Shown here: in pieces, positions 24,359 through 36,938 of the stretch
How the letters are laid out: the number at the start of each line of letters is the position of its first letter
Position numbering within the stretch: position 1 is the stretch's first letter
Assembly: GCA_002269645.1 (NCBI GenBank)
Contig: NIVC01000127.1
Location: forward strand, 1-64,000
Reading direction: 5' to 3'
Length of the DNA stretch: 64,000 nucleotides
DNA from: Macrostomum lignano
Lineage: Eukaryota
Made by a program: the position numbers and the translations under genes
The notes under the pieces: model-generated
What the model was told of the DNA's origin: nothing
Databases searched by the model: none
What the model saw: the letters and a program-made list of their open reading frames with translations, nothing else

Positions 24359-27300
24359 TTGGCATATTCATCCTGCCCCACCGAAAGCCGGCAGGCTGCC
24401 TGCATCAGCCAGGCGGCGTCATCAGAGCGCTGGCAATGGCACCAGCAGCAGCGGCTCCGGCATCAGCAACCATTGCTGCTGAATCGCGCGCAGCATCCAA
24501 TACAGTCGCAGCTGGCATCTGTACTGCTGATCCGTGGCCTGCACTCGAGCTGCTGTCATCGCACTGGCGATGAGATCAAAAACAAGCCGCCGCCGCCGGC
24601 TTCGCCGCCAGCAAAGACGCAGTCGCAGCCGCCGACGGCTCGGCCGTCACTGCCTGCCCGAATCTGGCACGAGATTCTGCACTATTGGAACGGCTTCCGC
24701 CTGCTAGCCTTGGAGACTCGGATCGCCCTGCGAATCAGCTTGAAGTACATGCGCGGCGCCACCATCTCTAGACGGGAGCGGCGCCACTTGGTTCGCACAG
24801 TGGCCGACTTGTTCAGAATGGTGCCCTTCTTGTTCTTCATTGTAATCCCGTTCATGGAGTTCCTGCTGCCATTCTATCTTAAATTCATGCCATTCATGCT
24901 GCCGAGCACGTTCAAGGAGAAGGACAAGGAGGCTGAGAAGTTGCGCATTAAGCTCAAGGCCAAGCTGGAGACGGCCAAGTTTCTGCAGGAGACTCTTTAT
25001 GAAGGCTTTCAAGCGAAGACTACGGTAAAGCGAGCAGGGCTTGCCACTCTTATAGATTGTCCGGAACCCCATCGTCACTCATACTCTTGGTCACAGCCCC
25101 CAATCACAGTCACCAGTCACAACCCCCAGTCAGTCCCACAATCACAGTCCCCAGTCACAGGCCCCTATCACAGTCCCCAGTCACAGGCCCCTATCACAGT
25201 CCCCAGTCACAAGCCCCTATCACAGTCCCCAGTCACAGGCCCCTATCACAGTCCCCAGTCACAGGCCCCTATCACAGTCCCCAGTCACAGGCCCCTATCA
25301 CAGTCCCCAGTCACAGGCCCCTATCACAGTCCCCAGTCACAGGCCCCTATCACAGTCCCCAGTCACAGGCCCCTATCACAGTCCCCAATCACAGCCCCCA
25401 ATCACAGTCACCTATCACAGTCCCCAGTCACAGGCCCCTATCACAGTCCCCAGTCACAGGCCCCTATCACAGTCCCCAGTCACAGGCCCCTATCACAGTC
25501 CCCAGTCACAGGCCCCTATCACAGTCCCCAGTCACAGGCCCCTATCACAATCCCCAGTCACAGGCCCCTATCACAGTCCCCAGTCACAGCCCCCAATCAC
25601 AGTCACCTATCACAGTCCCCAGTCGCAGTCTTCAGTCCCAGTTTACAGTCACAGTCACACCTTCCGTCACAATACTTAGTTCCAGTAATAGTCCCAGTAA
25701 TGATTCTCAGTGACCGTCCATCACAGCCCCAGTCACAGTCCTAGTCCTCAGTCACTGTCAGTCACAGCCCCAGTCACAGTCCTAGTCCTCAGTCACTGTC
25801 AGTCACAGTCCTAGTCCTCAGTCACTGTCAGTCACAGTCCTAGTCCTCAGTCACTGTCAGTCACAGTCCTAGTCCTCAGTCACTGTCAGTCACAGTCCTA
25901 GTCCTCAGTCACTGTCAGTCACAGTCCTAGTCCTCAGTCACTGTCAGTCACAGCCAGTCACAGCCCCAGTCACAGTCCTAGTCCTCAGTCACTGTCAGTC
26001 ACAGTCCTAGTCCTCAGTCACTGTCAGTCACAGTCCTAGTCCTCAGTCACTGTCAGTCACAGCCCCAGTCACAGTCCTAGTCCTCAGTCACTGTCAGTCA
26101 CAGCCCCAGTCACAGTCCTAGTCCTCAGTCACTGTCAGTCACAGCCCCAGTCACAGTCCTAGTCCTCAGTCACTGTCAGTCACAGTCCTAGTCCTCAGTC
26201 ACAACCAGTAAAACCCCAACTGTCGCCCAACCAGGACAAGTCCAATCGCGAAGCCCTGGCCGATTTTCGCCGCTTCATGCAAAAGTGCACAACGGCGAGT
26301 CGCTATGCAACTACAGACGAGCTGCTGCGCTTCTCCGCCCTATTTGCTGACGAGTTGACGCTCGACAATCTCGAACGGCCACAGCTGATGGCCATCTGCA
26401 AACTGTTGGACATGGCCGCCGTCGGGTCCAAAGCCATGATCCTGCTGCAGCTGGAGCTGCGGCTCCGTCAGCTGCACACTGACGATTTGATGATTCGCGA
26501 CGAGGGCGTCGACCGACTGAACGTGACGGAGTTGCAGGCCGCCTGTCGGGCCCGCGGCATGCCGGCTCTGGGCGTGTCCGAGGATCGGCTGAGGGAGCAG
26601 CTGAGCCAGTGGCTTGATCTGCACCTGGTGCACAGCGTGCCGGTCTCCCTGCTGCTGCTGTCCAGGCTGCTGCACTTCCCCGACAGTGTCGATGCAGAGG
26701 AGAGGCTGCGCAAGGTGATTGGCAGCCTGCCAGAGCAGGCGATTCGCTCCGCCGAGGCGTCCAGCTCCGAGGCCGACAGCCGCACCCGATTGGAGGCGTT
26801 GAAGAGCCGTGACCGGGCAATCCGCTCCGAGGAGGCCGAGATTAAGAAGACGCAGAAGCAGAAGAAAAAGCATCAACAGGAAGAGGTGGCGGATGTGCTC
26901 ACGACTACTGACTCTGCCGAGAGGCTGCGCGATCCGGCCGAGGCGGCTGGAGCGACCACTGGCCGGTCAGCGACAGCCGCCGGCGACGCCGCGTCTGACG
27001 GAGCCGACATTGACGTCGGCGCCGCGGATCTACAAGCGCTAGAGTCGGCCATCGACGAGGTGTCGGCAAAAGCGCTGGACGAGGAGGAGATTCGCGAACT
27101 GAAGGAGGAGCTGAGCGAGTACTTCAGCGGCCTGGCCGACGCCCCCATCGTCGGCGACGTCAGAAGGGAGCGAAGCAAGGAAGAGAAACGGGTGGGTGAT
27201 GCTTTTGGGCTCTGGAGTGACCCGGAGTGACCTTTTAGGCTCTGGATTGACCCGGAGTGACCTTTTAGGCTCTGGATTGACCCGGAGTGACCTTTTAGGC

Positions 27301-29200
27301 TCTGGATTGACCCGGAGTGATCTTTTAGGCTCTGGATTGACCCGGAGTGATCTTTTAGGCTCTGGATTGACCCGGAGTGATCTTTTAGGCTCTGGATTGA
27401 CCCGGAGTCATCTTTTAGTCTCTGGATTGACCCGGAGTGATTTTTTAGGCTCCGGATTGACCCGGGGTGATCTTTTAGGCTCTGGATTGAGCCGAATGAC
27501 CTTTTGTGCTCTGGAGAGACCTGGAATGACCTTTTCGGCTCTAAATTGACCTGAAATGACCTTTTCGGCTCTAAATTGACCTGAAATGACCTTTTCGGCT
27601 CTAAATTGACCTGAAATGACCTTTTTATGCTCTGGATTGACTCGGAGTAACCTTTTAGGCTCTGGATTCACCCAGAGTGACCTTTTAGGCTTTGGATTGA
27701 CTCGAGGTGACCTTTTGGGCTCTGTATTAACCAGAGTGACCTTTTAGGCTCTTGATTGACCCAGAGTGACCTTGATTGAGCCAGAGTGACGTTCTAGACT
27801 CTTTATTGACTTGGAGTGATATTTTAGGCGCTGGATTGACCCGAAGTGCCCTTTTCGGCTCTTAGTTGACCCAGAGTGACCTTTTACGCACTCATGCAAA
27901 CGCTCACTCAGGGTCAGGCGTGTATACACTGTACATTTGGGGTTGGCCCTCATGCGTGTGAATTTAGTGTAGCCGCTGCTTTGCTCAATCCAAAGTTGTG
28001 CCTTTAATCTCTGCCGCACCGCACAGGCCGCTAAGCTGCTGTCAGCCAAGGTGGACAGGCTTCTGCATGAGATGGACGGCATGTTTGACAAGGTCTACTC
28101 AGAGAAGGAGGCCCTTGAGCGGCGGCTGCACAAGGCCGAGCGAGACCAGGCGGAGCTCAGCAACGACGTCGCCGAATCCTCGGTCGACGACGCCACGGAC
28201 ATGGAGCGGCAGCTAGCGAAGCAGATCGCCAAGCACCGCGAGCAGGTGCTGTCAATGAACGACATTTTATTGGCCCTGCGCCGGCTGCAGAAAATGCCTG
28301 ACGACGACAAATGGGAGCGAATACTGCAGGTGCTCGACGAGGACAAGGATGGCAAAATCGAGGTGCAACACGTTGTCAAGGTGAGGCCCGAAGCTCTGAC
28401 TGGAGGCTCTGGGCGTGTCCGAGGATCGGCTCGGTCGAGTTAGTTTAACTAAAAAATTCAGTTCGAGGCACAAGTTTGAAACCAAAGTGCCAGTTTGAAA
28501 CCAAAGTGCCAGTTTGAAACCAAAGTGTCAGTTTGAAACCAAAGTGCCAGTTTGAAACCAAAGTCCCAGTTAGAAACCAAAGTGTCAGTTTGAAACCAAA
28601 GTGCCAGTTTGAAACCAAAGTGTCAGTTTAAAACCAAAGTACCAGTTTGAAACCAGTGTCAGTTTAAAACCAAAGTGCCAGTTTGAAACCAAAGTACCAG
28701 TTTGAACTCAAAGTGCCAGCTTGAAACCAAAGTGCCATTTTGAAACCAAAGTGCCAGCTTGAAACCAAAGTACCATTTTGAAACCAAAGTGCCAGTTTGA
28801 AACCAAAGTGCCAGTTTGAAACCAAAGTACCATTTTTAAACCAAAGTGCCAGTTTGAAACCAAAGTACCATTTTGAAACCAAAGTGCCAGTTTGAAACCA
28901 AAGTACCAGTTTGAAACCAAAGTGCCAGTTTGAAACCAAAGTGCCATTTTGAAAGCAAAGTACCATTTTGAAACCAAAGTGCCAGTTTGAAACCAAAGTG
29001 CTGGATCCAACAGGGTCAAACTGTTTCCCTATGCTCCAGCTTGTACTTTCTCATTCCAACAGGTGATCGAACTGCTGGGCTCTGAGAATCTTCGATTGAG
29101 CTCGCGAGACCTCACGAAACTGCTGGAAACCCTGGACAAGGAGAAGCTGCTGTCCCTCAAGGGCAAGGACAAGGACCCCGGTCGGAAGCTCTCGGATTAG
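24359..29200 (+). CDS. LETM1: LETM1 mitochondrial inner-membrane EF-hand protein; exons about 24359-25024, 26235-27191, 28027-28380, 29063-29200; 5' end uncertain
   Basis: HYWNGFRLL, RRERRHLVRTVADLFRMVPF, TM FFIVIPFMEFLLP, PFMLPSTF, DELTLDNLERPQL, ELQAACRARGM, QWLDLHL, EF-hand DEDKDGKIE, C-terminal VIELLG. All introns are phase 0, GT-AG. Confidence 0.93.
25085..26200. repeat. Two adjacent related minisatellites (26-bp CAGTCACAGGCCCCTATCACAGTCCC, then 29-bp AGTCACAGTCCTAGTCCTCAGTCACTGTC) in the LETM1 intron
   Basis: Tandem arrays at 25085-25640 and 25735-26200 sharing the CAGTCACAG core. Confidence 0.9.
27205..27885. repeat. 30-bp minisatellite GACCTTTTAGGCTCTGGATTGACCCGGAGT in the LETM1 intron
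   Basis: About 22 units, starting just after the donor at 27192. Confidence 0.9.
28470..29002. repeat. 19-bp minisatellite TTTGAAACCAAAGTGCCAG in the LETM1 intron
   Basis: About 28 units. Confidence 0.9.
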
Positions 29201-29689
29201 ATGGCTCAGTTCTGCTGTAGCAATTTAACCTAATTAATGCCTATTTATAAACCTTCATTTACTTTTCTAAGCCTGGGTTCTTTTTGAATGGCGAATTTAT
29301 CCGATCGGTAGGTCTGCCTGTTCCTGATATCATGATTTTTTAATTAGTATTTTCTATCACCTATCTTGAATTGAAATTGAATGATTTGACTGAAACATCT
29401 TGTAGGAGCACTGCCTCCTATACCCACTACATACCTGTTGATGAAGGCTGCCTAGTTTAGTCTAGAGAATCTCTTCTCATCCTCTACTTCTTGTTACTAA
29501 TAGTAGTAAGATATAGTTCGACTTATACTTTAATGTAGACATTGATTTTTAGTCGATTTGCCCACCTCACCATCGTGGTATTTTATGTTGACTTTTTTAA
29601 AAGCTTTCTTTTACGTGCAGTGTAGGGGGGTTGCTGTGTCCAAAATTAAAATTTATTGTTGAACAGTAGTTTATTGGGATATTCTCTTC

Positions 29690-30440
29690 TCTCGTATTCG
29701 GGTCCTGTCCATAGTTGGTATGTACTATTCGTATTCGGGTCCTGTCCATAGTTGGTATGTACTATTCGTATTCGGGTCCTGTCCATAGTTGGTATGTACC
29801 ATTCGTATTCGGGTCCTGTCTATAGTTGATATGTACCATTCGTATTCGGGTCCTGTCCATAGTTGGTATGTACCATTCGTATTCGGGTCCTGTCCATAGT
29901 TGGTATGTACCATTCGTATTCGGATCCTGTCCATAGTTGGTATGTACCATTCGTATTCGGGTCCTGTCCATAGTTGGTATGTACCATTCGTATTCGGGTC
30001 CTGTCCATAGTTGGTATGTACTATTCGTATTCGGGTCCTGTCCATAGTTGGTATGTACCATTCGTATTCGGGTCCTGTCCATAGTTGGTATGTACCATTC
30101 GTATTCGGGTCCTGTCCATAGTTGGTATGTACCATTCGTATTCGGGTCCTGTCCATAGTTGATATGTACTATTCGTATTCGGGTCCTGTCCATAGTTGAT
30201 ATGTACCATTCGTATTCGGGTCCTGTCCATAGTTGATATGTACTATTCGTATTCGGGTCCTGTCCATAGTTGATATGTACCATTCGTATTCGGGTCCTGT
30301 CCATAGTTGGTATGTACCATTCGTATTCGGGTCCTGTCCATAGTTGGTATGTACCATTCGTATTCGGGTCCTGTCCATAGTTGGTATGTACCATTCGTAT
30401 TCGGATCCTGTCCATAGTTGGTATGTACCATTCGTATTTG
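29690..30440. repeat. 37-bp minisatellite CGTATTCGGGTCCTGTCCATAGTTGGTATGTACCATT
   Basis: About 20 highly homogeneous units between convergent genes. Confidence 0.95.
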
Positions 30441-31385
30441 AACATTAAGTTAATACTTTAAAGCTTTATTATGCGGCCGGTTTTTACCTAGCTGTTGCTA
30501 GCTAATTTTTTAAACAAACATCTCTATGTAATTGTTAACCTGTTCGTCCTATGCGAAATGGTCTCAGGGTTTAGGTTATAAAAAATCAATTTTAGGTTCA
30601 TCGGACGATTGAACTGCCAAAAAATGAAACTGGCTCTTTCGAATCTAGTATCCTTTTGACTGGCAGGTCTTACAGTATCTCAAGAGGTGAGCATTCGTTT
30701 TGAGTCCCTGTCTCTTGGGCATATCTAGAGAGTTAAAACTTCCTTTCCCAGCTACCTTGTACCTGCAGACTCGATATTGTCTAACCTGTGCTGTATGGCC
30801 AGCATATCTGCAGGTCTCAAGCTGAATTGAGATCTGTCGTTAATGCTTTTTTTAGCTCCGTTTGACTTCCTTTCTAAGAGTTGAATAAAATTGTACATGT
30901 ATCGCGTACACACAGAACCTATCGTAGCCGACAATTATTACTGTAAGTAGTACTCTTCAATTTGTGCTCGTAATTGGCCACTATAATTTCTGAATTGTTT
31001 TCCAAATACACAAATGCGAGACTGATTGATGGTTGAATTTGTGTTATCGAATGTCCGAACAAGGGGAGAGGGCGTGCTTTAAAATTTTCAAATAAAAGTA
31101 GAGGCTTGCTAAAGTAAAACAAACGCAGTAAAACAATCGTCTTTTGTTATTATTTAATTTTTGAAATTAGGTTTTTTGTTAGATTATTTCCAAGTAATTT
31201 GGTTAAGAAAACGCTTCGCACCCAGTGCTGATAAAGAAGTGCTTTGTAATAAGGTTTAATTTACGTAAGTTTTTGTGTGCAATATATAATGTGCTCCTGC
31301 CAAACCCGTGTTCAGTAGTATGTTTAGTGTTTGCTGTCAATTGTCATCTTGTCATCTCTTGTCATCTTGTCAGCAGCAGACAGGC

Positions 31386-33748
31386 CTACAGCTCCACTTT
31401 TGGCTCGGGCATCTGCTGATCCGTCTCCAACTCCGAATGGTTGTATCCGGGCGGTTTCTCCTCCTGTTGCTGCTCCTGCGGCTTAATCACAATTACCTGG
31501 TTCCGCTTGCGGTCGGCTAGCTTCTTGTGCACCAGCAGCGCGCCGTACATTGCCAGTTCCAGGATCTCAACTAGCGTCACGATTGATGCACCGATCCATA
31601 GGCCTGAGAGAATTGATTGCTAATTGTTTTGTATTCAATTTGTGGAATTGGCGCTCAGTGGCTTCTGTCTAGCTGTAATTATAACCTCCAAATAGTAACA
31701 ATATCAATCTTGAAAGGTGCGCAACAAAAAGTTTTCTCCAGTATTCTTAAACTTTAAACTACATAAAGGTATTTTATAATGAAGGAGAAAGGCGTTTTGG
31801 TGTTTTTTCATTACCTAAAATTCCGCCCAAATCCGAAAAGAAATTTCTCAGCGGATAGGCCCAACTCTCGATGCTCATTTGCACGATCAGGTCCCTTGGG
31901 TACAGATCTAGAACTCCGGCGTAATATTTGACGCGACTTTCGTAGTTGCTGACCAGATCTTTGAGTCCCCGCACGTCCAAGCCCCTCGCCTTGGCCTCGT
32001 TCAGCGCTTCCGTGGCCAGATTGGACACCGCCTTGCCAGAATATTTCACGCTGTTCGGCCACTGGTAGTAGCGAGGCATCACTTCGTGCGATTTGACCCG
32101 GCACAGCACCGGGCAGCCGTGGGTGTCCACTCCCTCTCTGTTCTGCCTGTCCAGCACTCTCTGATAGCAGTCCAGGCGGGCGATGGTGCCGTTGTACATG
32201 TCGTAGTTGGTGGCGACATAATCCATCAGAGGGTATTTGTACCAGCTGTCGTTGCGGATAGTGTAGTAGGTGTAGCTCGACGTTGGCCTTCTGTAAAAGA
32301 TGTCCCGAAACAAGACGTGCTCGTTGATGTCGTGACAGACGCCTGGCTGCGCCATGTAGTACAGGTCGGCCGGCTTGGGCAGATGAGTGGCCAGGCAGCC
32401 GCAGGTGTCCAAGTACTCTTGCTGCATGATGCGCACGCGGCAGTCTTCGGTGCTGCCACGGAAGGTTTCATTCTCTGGCCCAGTCAGCTGGCTGTAGTCG
32501 GTGATGTAGGTTGCGTTGGGCAGGCTCTCCAGGCATCGATAGCTGCTCCGGTCGACTTTTTCCTGTATGGAAGTGTCAATCACCGCCTCGGTTTTGTACT
32601 TGAGCGGCGACATCACGTGCGGTCCGTTCATGTTTGGCTTCACGCCTGTTGTAAATTGGGGTGAGGTGGTTAGATTATCCGGTTGGTTTTGTGTAGAGAA
32701 ACCGGCTTGCAAACCAGCATGCCTTACGCACCTCTTGGATGCAGCACCACCTTCATTCCTGGTATATCGTCGATCTCCTCTTCGTCAGTAAAGAATGACG
32801 AACTGTATGTGTACATGAGCAGATAAAGTCCGTTGCCGGGCCCGGCACTGACCACCGTATTGTTAAGCGGCGCGAACGTCATGCACTTAAACAGCTCGTC
32901 GTCCTTGTAGATGGTGAAATTCAAATAACTGCAGGGAATCGAGTTGAATCGGCAGAGCAGGACAATCTCGTACGGGTCAGGTAGTTGTTTTGACCTTAAA
33001 TTTTTAATGAAAACAGCGATCTAAATACTAAGTGATTACGCATTAATGGGCACCATGTAAAGGTGTTTCTTTACAATGTAAGTGCAGTTTTAACAGTCTT
33101 CAACGGTAATCTTAATTCATTTTGACATCCGGTTTCTAAGACGTACAAAGATTATTGTCCAACTGTCACTAGATTTTGGTGAGCCAGCGACGATGCATCC
33201 ACGCATAGCGGCCTGACTCTGCCTCACCTGTATGCGATCTTGTTTAGAGCCAGTTTACCGTGCCGATAGCTGCTGTATGGATTCACCGGCACGCTAGCGT
33301 TCATGTCCGTTTGGTTGAGCAGGTGAAAGAACCGGGACACGTCGTAGATCATGTCCACCAGGCCGCGCGCTCGACCCGGCACTGCCACGGGGCTTGGCAC
33401 CGGGTCATAGCCGTAGGTGACGCTCAGATAGTTCGTCGAACAGATGGTCACGTCGGGAAATTCGAAGAAGTCCGTGCGAGCCTCCAGCTCTGTGCTAACC
33501 GGATAGGAGGTGTACTGCTGCACCAGCATGCTGAGGTGCAGGATGAAGCCTACGCACACTCCGACGACCACCAGGGCCCAGAGGACGCGCTGGACTCCAG
33601 AGCCCTGGCTCAGTCGGAAGATGCCGTGGCTGCTGGCCAGCTGCTGCTGCTGCTTCGTCGGCTGCTGATCCTCGATGCTGTCCTCGTTCCCGAAAGCCGC
33701 TTGCGCTGTGCGAACATCGGGCCTCGAGTTTATCGCCGAGCGTAGCAT
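31386..33748 (-). CDS. DEG/ENaC (amiloride-sensitive) channel subunit, about 610 aa; exons 33748-33228, 32994-32732, 32645-31815, 31603-31386
   Basis: SSHG motif, TM1 VLWALVVVGVCVGFILHLSML, FEFPDVTIC, thumb cysteines (EDCRVR...CGC...), TM2 FFSDLGGILG|LWIGASIVTLVEIL with the GAS filter; phases are consistent. Confidence 0.92.
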
Positions 33749-34577
33749 AGTTACGCAATTCAGAGACTGTTGCGCACTTAGCCTGTGATGGGTTAACCCG
33801 CTGGAATCCAATGGGGCAATCTGGGACCATTTGATCTCGGCCTACCAGCTAAATACTTTCTCAAATGTTTGCCGGTGTTGCCAAGACGACCAGCTCCAAT
33901 CTAAACGATAGCTGAATGCAACAACAACTTGTCAATCAAAAAGCTGTTCGCAAAGAAATTTGAAGTTTCGTTTGACACCTGATCTCTATGAATTACGATT
34001 TTAGAGGTTTTATATCCAACCGAAGAGCCAAACTTTATGAATCAGTTTCAGTGGCTGTTCTTTAGCTCTTTGCTTTGAACAGAATCTATTCACCACAGGT
34101 TCTTTGAACTGTTGCTGGCATTCGATCTTTAGTCAAAGTTTGCCACCTCTTTGAAATCAAAGACTGATCTATCTGACTTTGTGCTAGCAGTTCTTTTATT
34201 ACAAAGGACTTCATGGCGCATCTCGAGACAATAATGCTCTGATTATTGAATCAGCTTGATGAAAATCAAAAAATAGATTTTTTTGAAATTTTACGAGTGG
34301 AGGGGTGTTTCAAAAGTACTGAGAATTTTTTCATAACTCTTGAATTGAACTTTTTAACTTGAAATGGGAAAAGTTGCCAATTCTTAACAAGATTGCTTAT
34401 GAGTTTTATGTAGAAGATAATGCATGGTTTTTAGGGTTGTATTTCTTTAAATCCCGGAGAGCTCGAGTAATTTAAGTTAATACATGTACAACCCGTAAAA
34501 TCCATGCATTACCTCAATTAAATCCCTGCTTTCAAACTCCGGGATGTATTCAGATACAACCCGCAAAACAGTTTGAA

Positions 34578-34692
34578 CCATAGACACTGAATGGAGTGCA
34601 AAGAGGAGTCAAGGGGCCGCAGTCCCCTGCGGGGGTGTGGGGGCGGAGCCCCCACATGTACCATAGCTAATATCACTTTCAAATGTCTATGG
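34578..34692. mobile_element. Mini element with CCATAGAC...GTCTATGG termini
   Basis: TIR ACCATAGACA / TGTCTATGGT; GC-rich internal hairpin. Confidence 0.45.
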
Positions 34693-35157
34693 TCCGCTTT
34701 CATCTCGGAAAGTCAACTAGAAAGGATTTAAAGCGAAATATGAGAGAAGCTGCGATTTTTAGTTTTGTGAACAAGCCGAGCGGGTGAATTGCGGGTTTCG
34801 CAAAAAATACATCTCCGAAAAGCAAAGAGAGAAGCCCGCTGTGGCGTCTGTGGTTTTTTTGTGACTCTGAAAGTTTGAAAGCAGGGATTTAATATTTTTT
34901 AAAACATTCTGTCTGCGCTGTGTGCTCTCTAAAATATGCAGGGTCTCTCCTCCAATTTCGGCCATAGACAACTGCTTGACCAATGTATTCTTTGGGACTG
35001 GCCATTGACGTGAAGTGTTCCAATTGTCATTTTCTTCCCCGCCTATTTCGGCCATAGACGATTCAATCAGCAGCTAACCTTCCATTATTGTCCCATGACT
35101 GAGCGTGCGTTTTTGGTCCAAAAAGCGTGCATTAATCTTACAGTCTATGGCCCAACC

Positions 35158-35580
35158 CTATGCGGCGTAGCCAAAAAAGCGTGCAGATAATGAAAAAAGC
35201 GTGCAGATAATAATCATCAGGTAGCGGAACAAGGCAGCGCGAATGCACATGAGGCTGCTAGGAGCATACGGCTGGCCATCAGTCTTGCGAAGAGTGCCGT
35301 AAAAGTAGCGCAGGCCAACGCTCAGCTCCTCAGGTTGCGAGGTGTCCAAATCGACGCGCAGGTGCGGATACTTGGCCAAGAAATCGCGAAATTTCGTGAC
35401 GTATTGAGCCTCATGCTTCTTAGACGATTTGACATCGGTCTCTTGCTCCAGCGCCCGGATTGATGCGTCAAGGTCGATCGAGGCCAAGTCGTCGTTCAAA
35501 TCAGGGATGGAGTCGAATAGGCGGTTCAGCTCCTCGTTGTCGTCCACACTAGTTGATTGGAGACGTAACTGCTCGTCCAC
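35158..35580 (-). mobile_element. Crypton-like tyrosine-recombinase transposon remnant (N-terminal core-binding domain only)
   Basis: PEELSVGLRYFYGTLRKTDGQPYAPSSLMCIRAALFRYL resembles, from memory, the L..Fy...RK.DG..Y...SL..iR..l.RyL motif upstream of DUF3504 in Crypton/ZMYM/KCTD1 proteins; no catalytic domain follows; no ATG start. Confidence 0.65.
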
Positions 35581-36302
35581 AACGCACGCTCAGTCATGGG
35601 ACAATATTCGCGCACTCGAGCCAAGACTATTATCGCACTCGAAAGCCTAGTAGTAATCTTACATTAAGACCACAGATTCTACGAGCTATATTACCTCAGT
35701 CTGCCTGCTAGAGAATGACGAACGGTCACGAGTGCGGGAATGACATCTGCACGAGTGCGCGCTAGCGCACGAGTTCACGATGTCCTTCACGCACGAGTGA
35801 ACGTGAAGGAATCCCACTGTCGGATTATTCATCGTGCAGGAATGCACAAAACCGTGCAGGAATGCATTTCTGCGCCTAATGCTTTTTCAGTGAGATTTTA
35901 CCATAGACATCCATTCCTGCCATGATAAAATATATAACGCCATTCCCGCATGGAAAATCAGCCGACAGTTAAGGTTAGGGGTTAGGCACGCATAGGGCAG
36001 TTGTAAAAATGTCTGTTTGAGCCACATATACTAAAATAACTAGATGGGCCCACAGAATATACAGTATACAGAATGCTCAATCACACATTTTGGGAAAATT
36101 TCCTGCACAAGAATTAAATGTACTCGTATATTCTATACTAGCTACTCTCGTTGTGAAGAAAAACTATATTCTGTGGCATGTGCCATTCAATCATATATAC
36201 TTACTAAAACAGCTTTCTAATTTCAGTTCAGTAGCAAAGAAGAATGCATAAGCTATTTTATAAAAATAACGGCAGCTGAAATGACTGATAAGTTTAGAAG
36301 CC

Positions 36303-36938
36303 CAAGCTTGCAGGCGTAAACAACTTGCTAATTGGTTCAGCAATAATTTACATTAGCCAGTCCACTGAAATGTACATGGCAACTTTAGGCTGGAATTCCG
36401 AGAAAGGCAATAAAAATTGGGGCGGGGCGGGGGTAGTGTGGAAAGGCGCGGTTGGAGGGTTTAAGCTGGGGGTAAGAGCCAATCAATTGAGCCTTGGCTT
36501 TAAAAATGCATTAAAATGCTTCGGTTTAACTTACTACTGAACTGAAAGTAGCTTACACGCAAATGTGCTGAGTGGCCCATCTAGTTATTCTATTATCTAT
36601 GATTTGAGCCACAGGTTATACAAGCTTGCAGGCGTAAACAACTTGCTAATTGGTTCAGCAATAATGTACATTAGCCAGTCCACTGAAATGTACATGGCAA
36701 CTTTAGGCTGGAATTCCGAGAAAGGCAATAAAAATTGGGGCGGGGCGGGGGTAGTGTGGAAAGGCGCGGTTGGAGGGTTTAAGCTGGGGGTAAGAGCCAA
36801 TCAATTGAGCCTTGGCTTTAAAAATGCATTAAAATGCTTCGGTTTAACTTACTACTGAACTGAAAGTAGCTTACACGCAAATGTGCTGAGTGGCCCATCT
36901 AGTTATTCTATTATCTATGATTTGAGCCACAGGTTATA
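36303..36938. repeat. Near-identical 318-bp tandem duplication
   Basis: 36303-36620 repeated at 36621-36938; one substitution noticed (ATAATTTAC vs ATAATGTAC). Confidence 0.92.

Noticed and set aside
25025-25744. Ser/Pro-rich extension of the 461-aa LETM1 ORF
   Set aside because: Intron read-through; the phase-0 GT-AG junction 25024>26235 restores the LETM domain.
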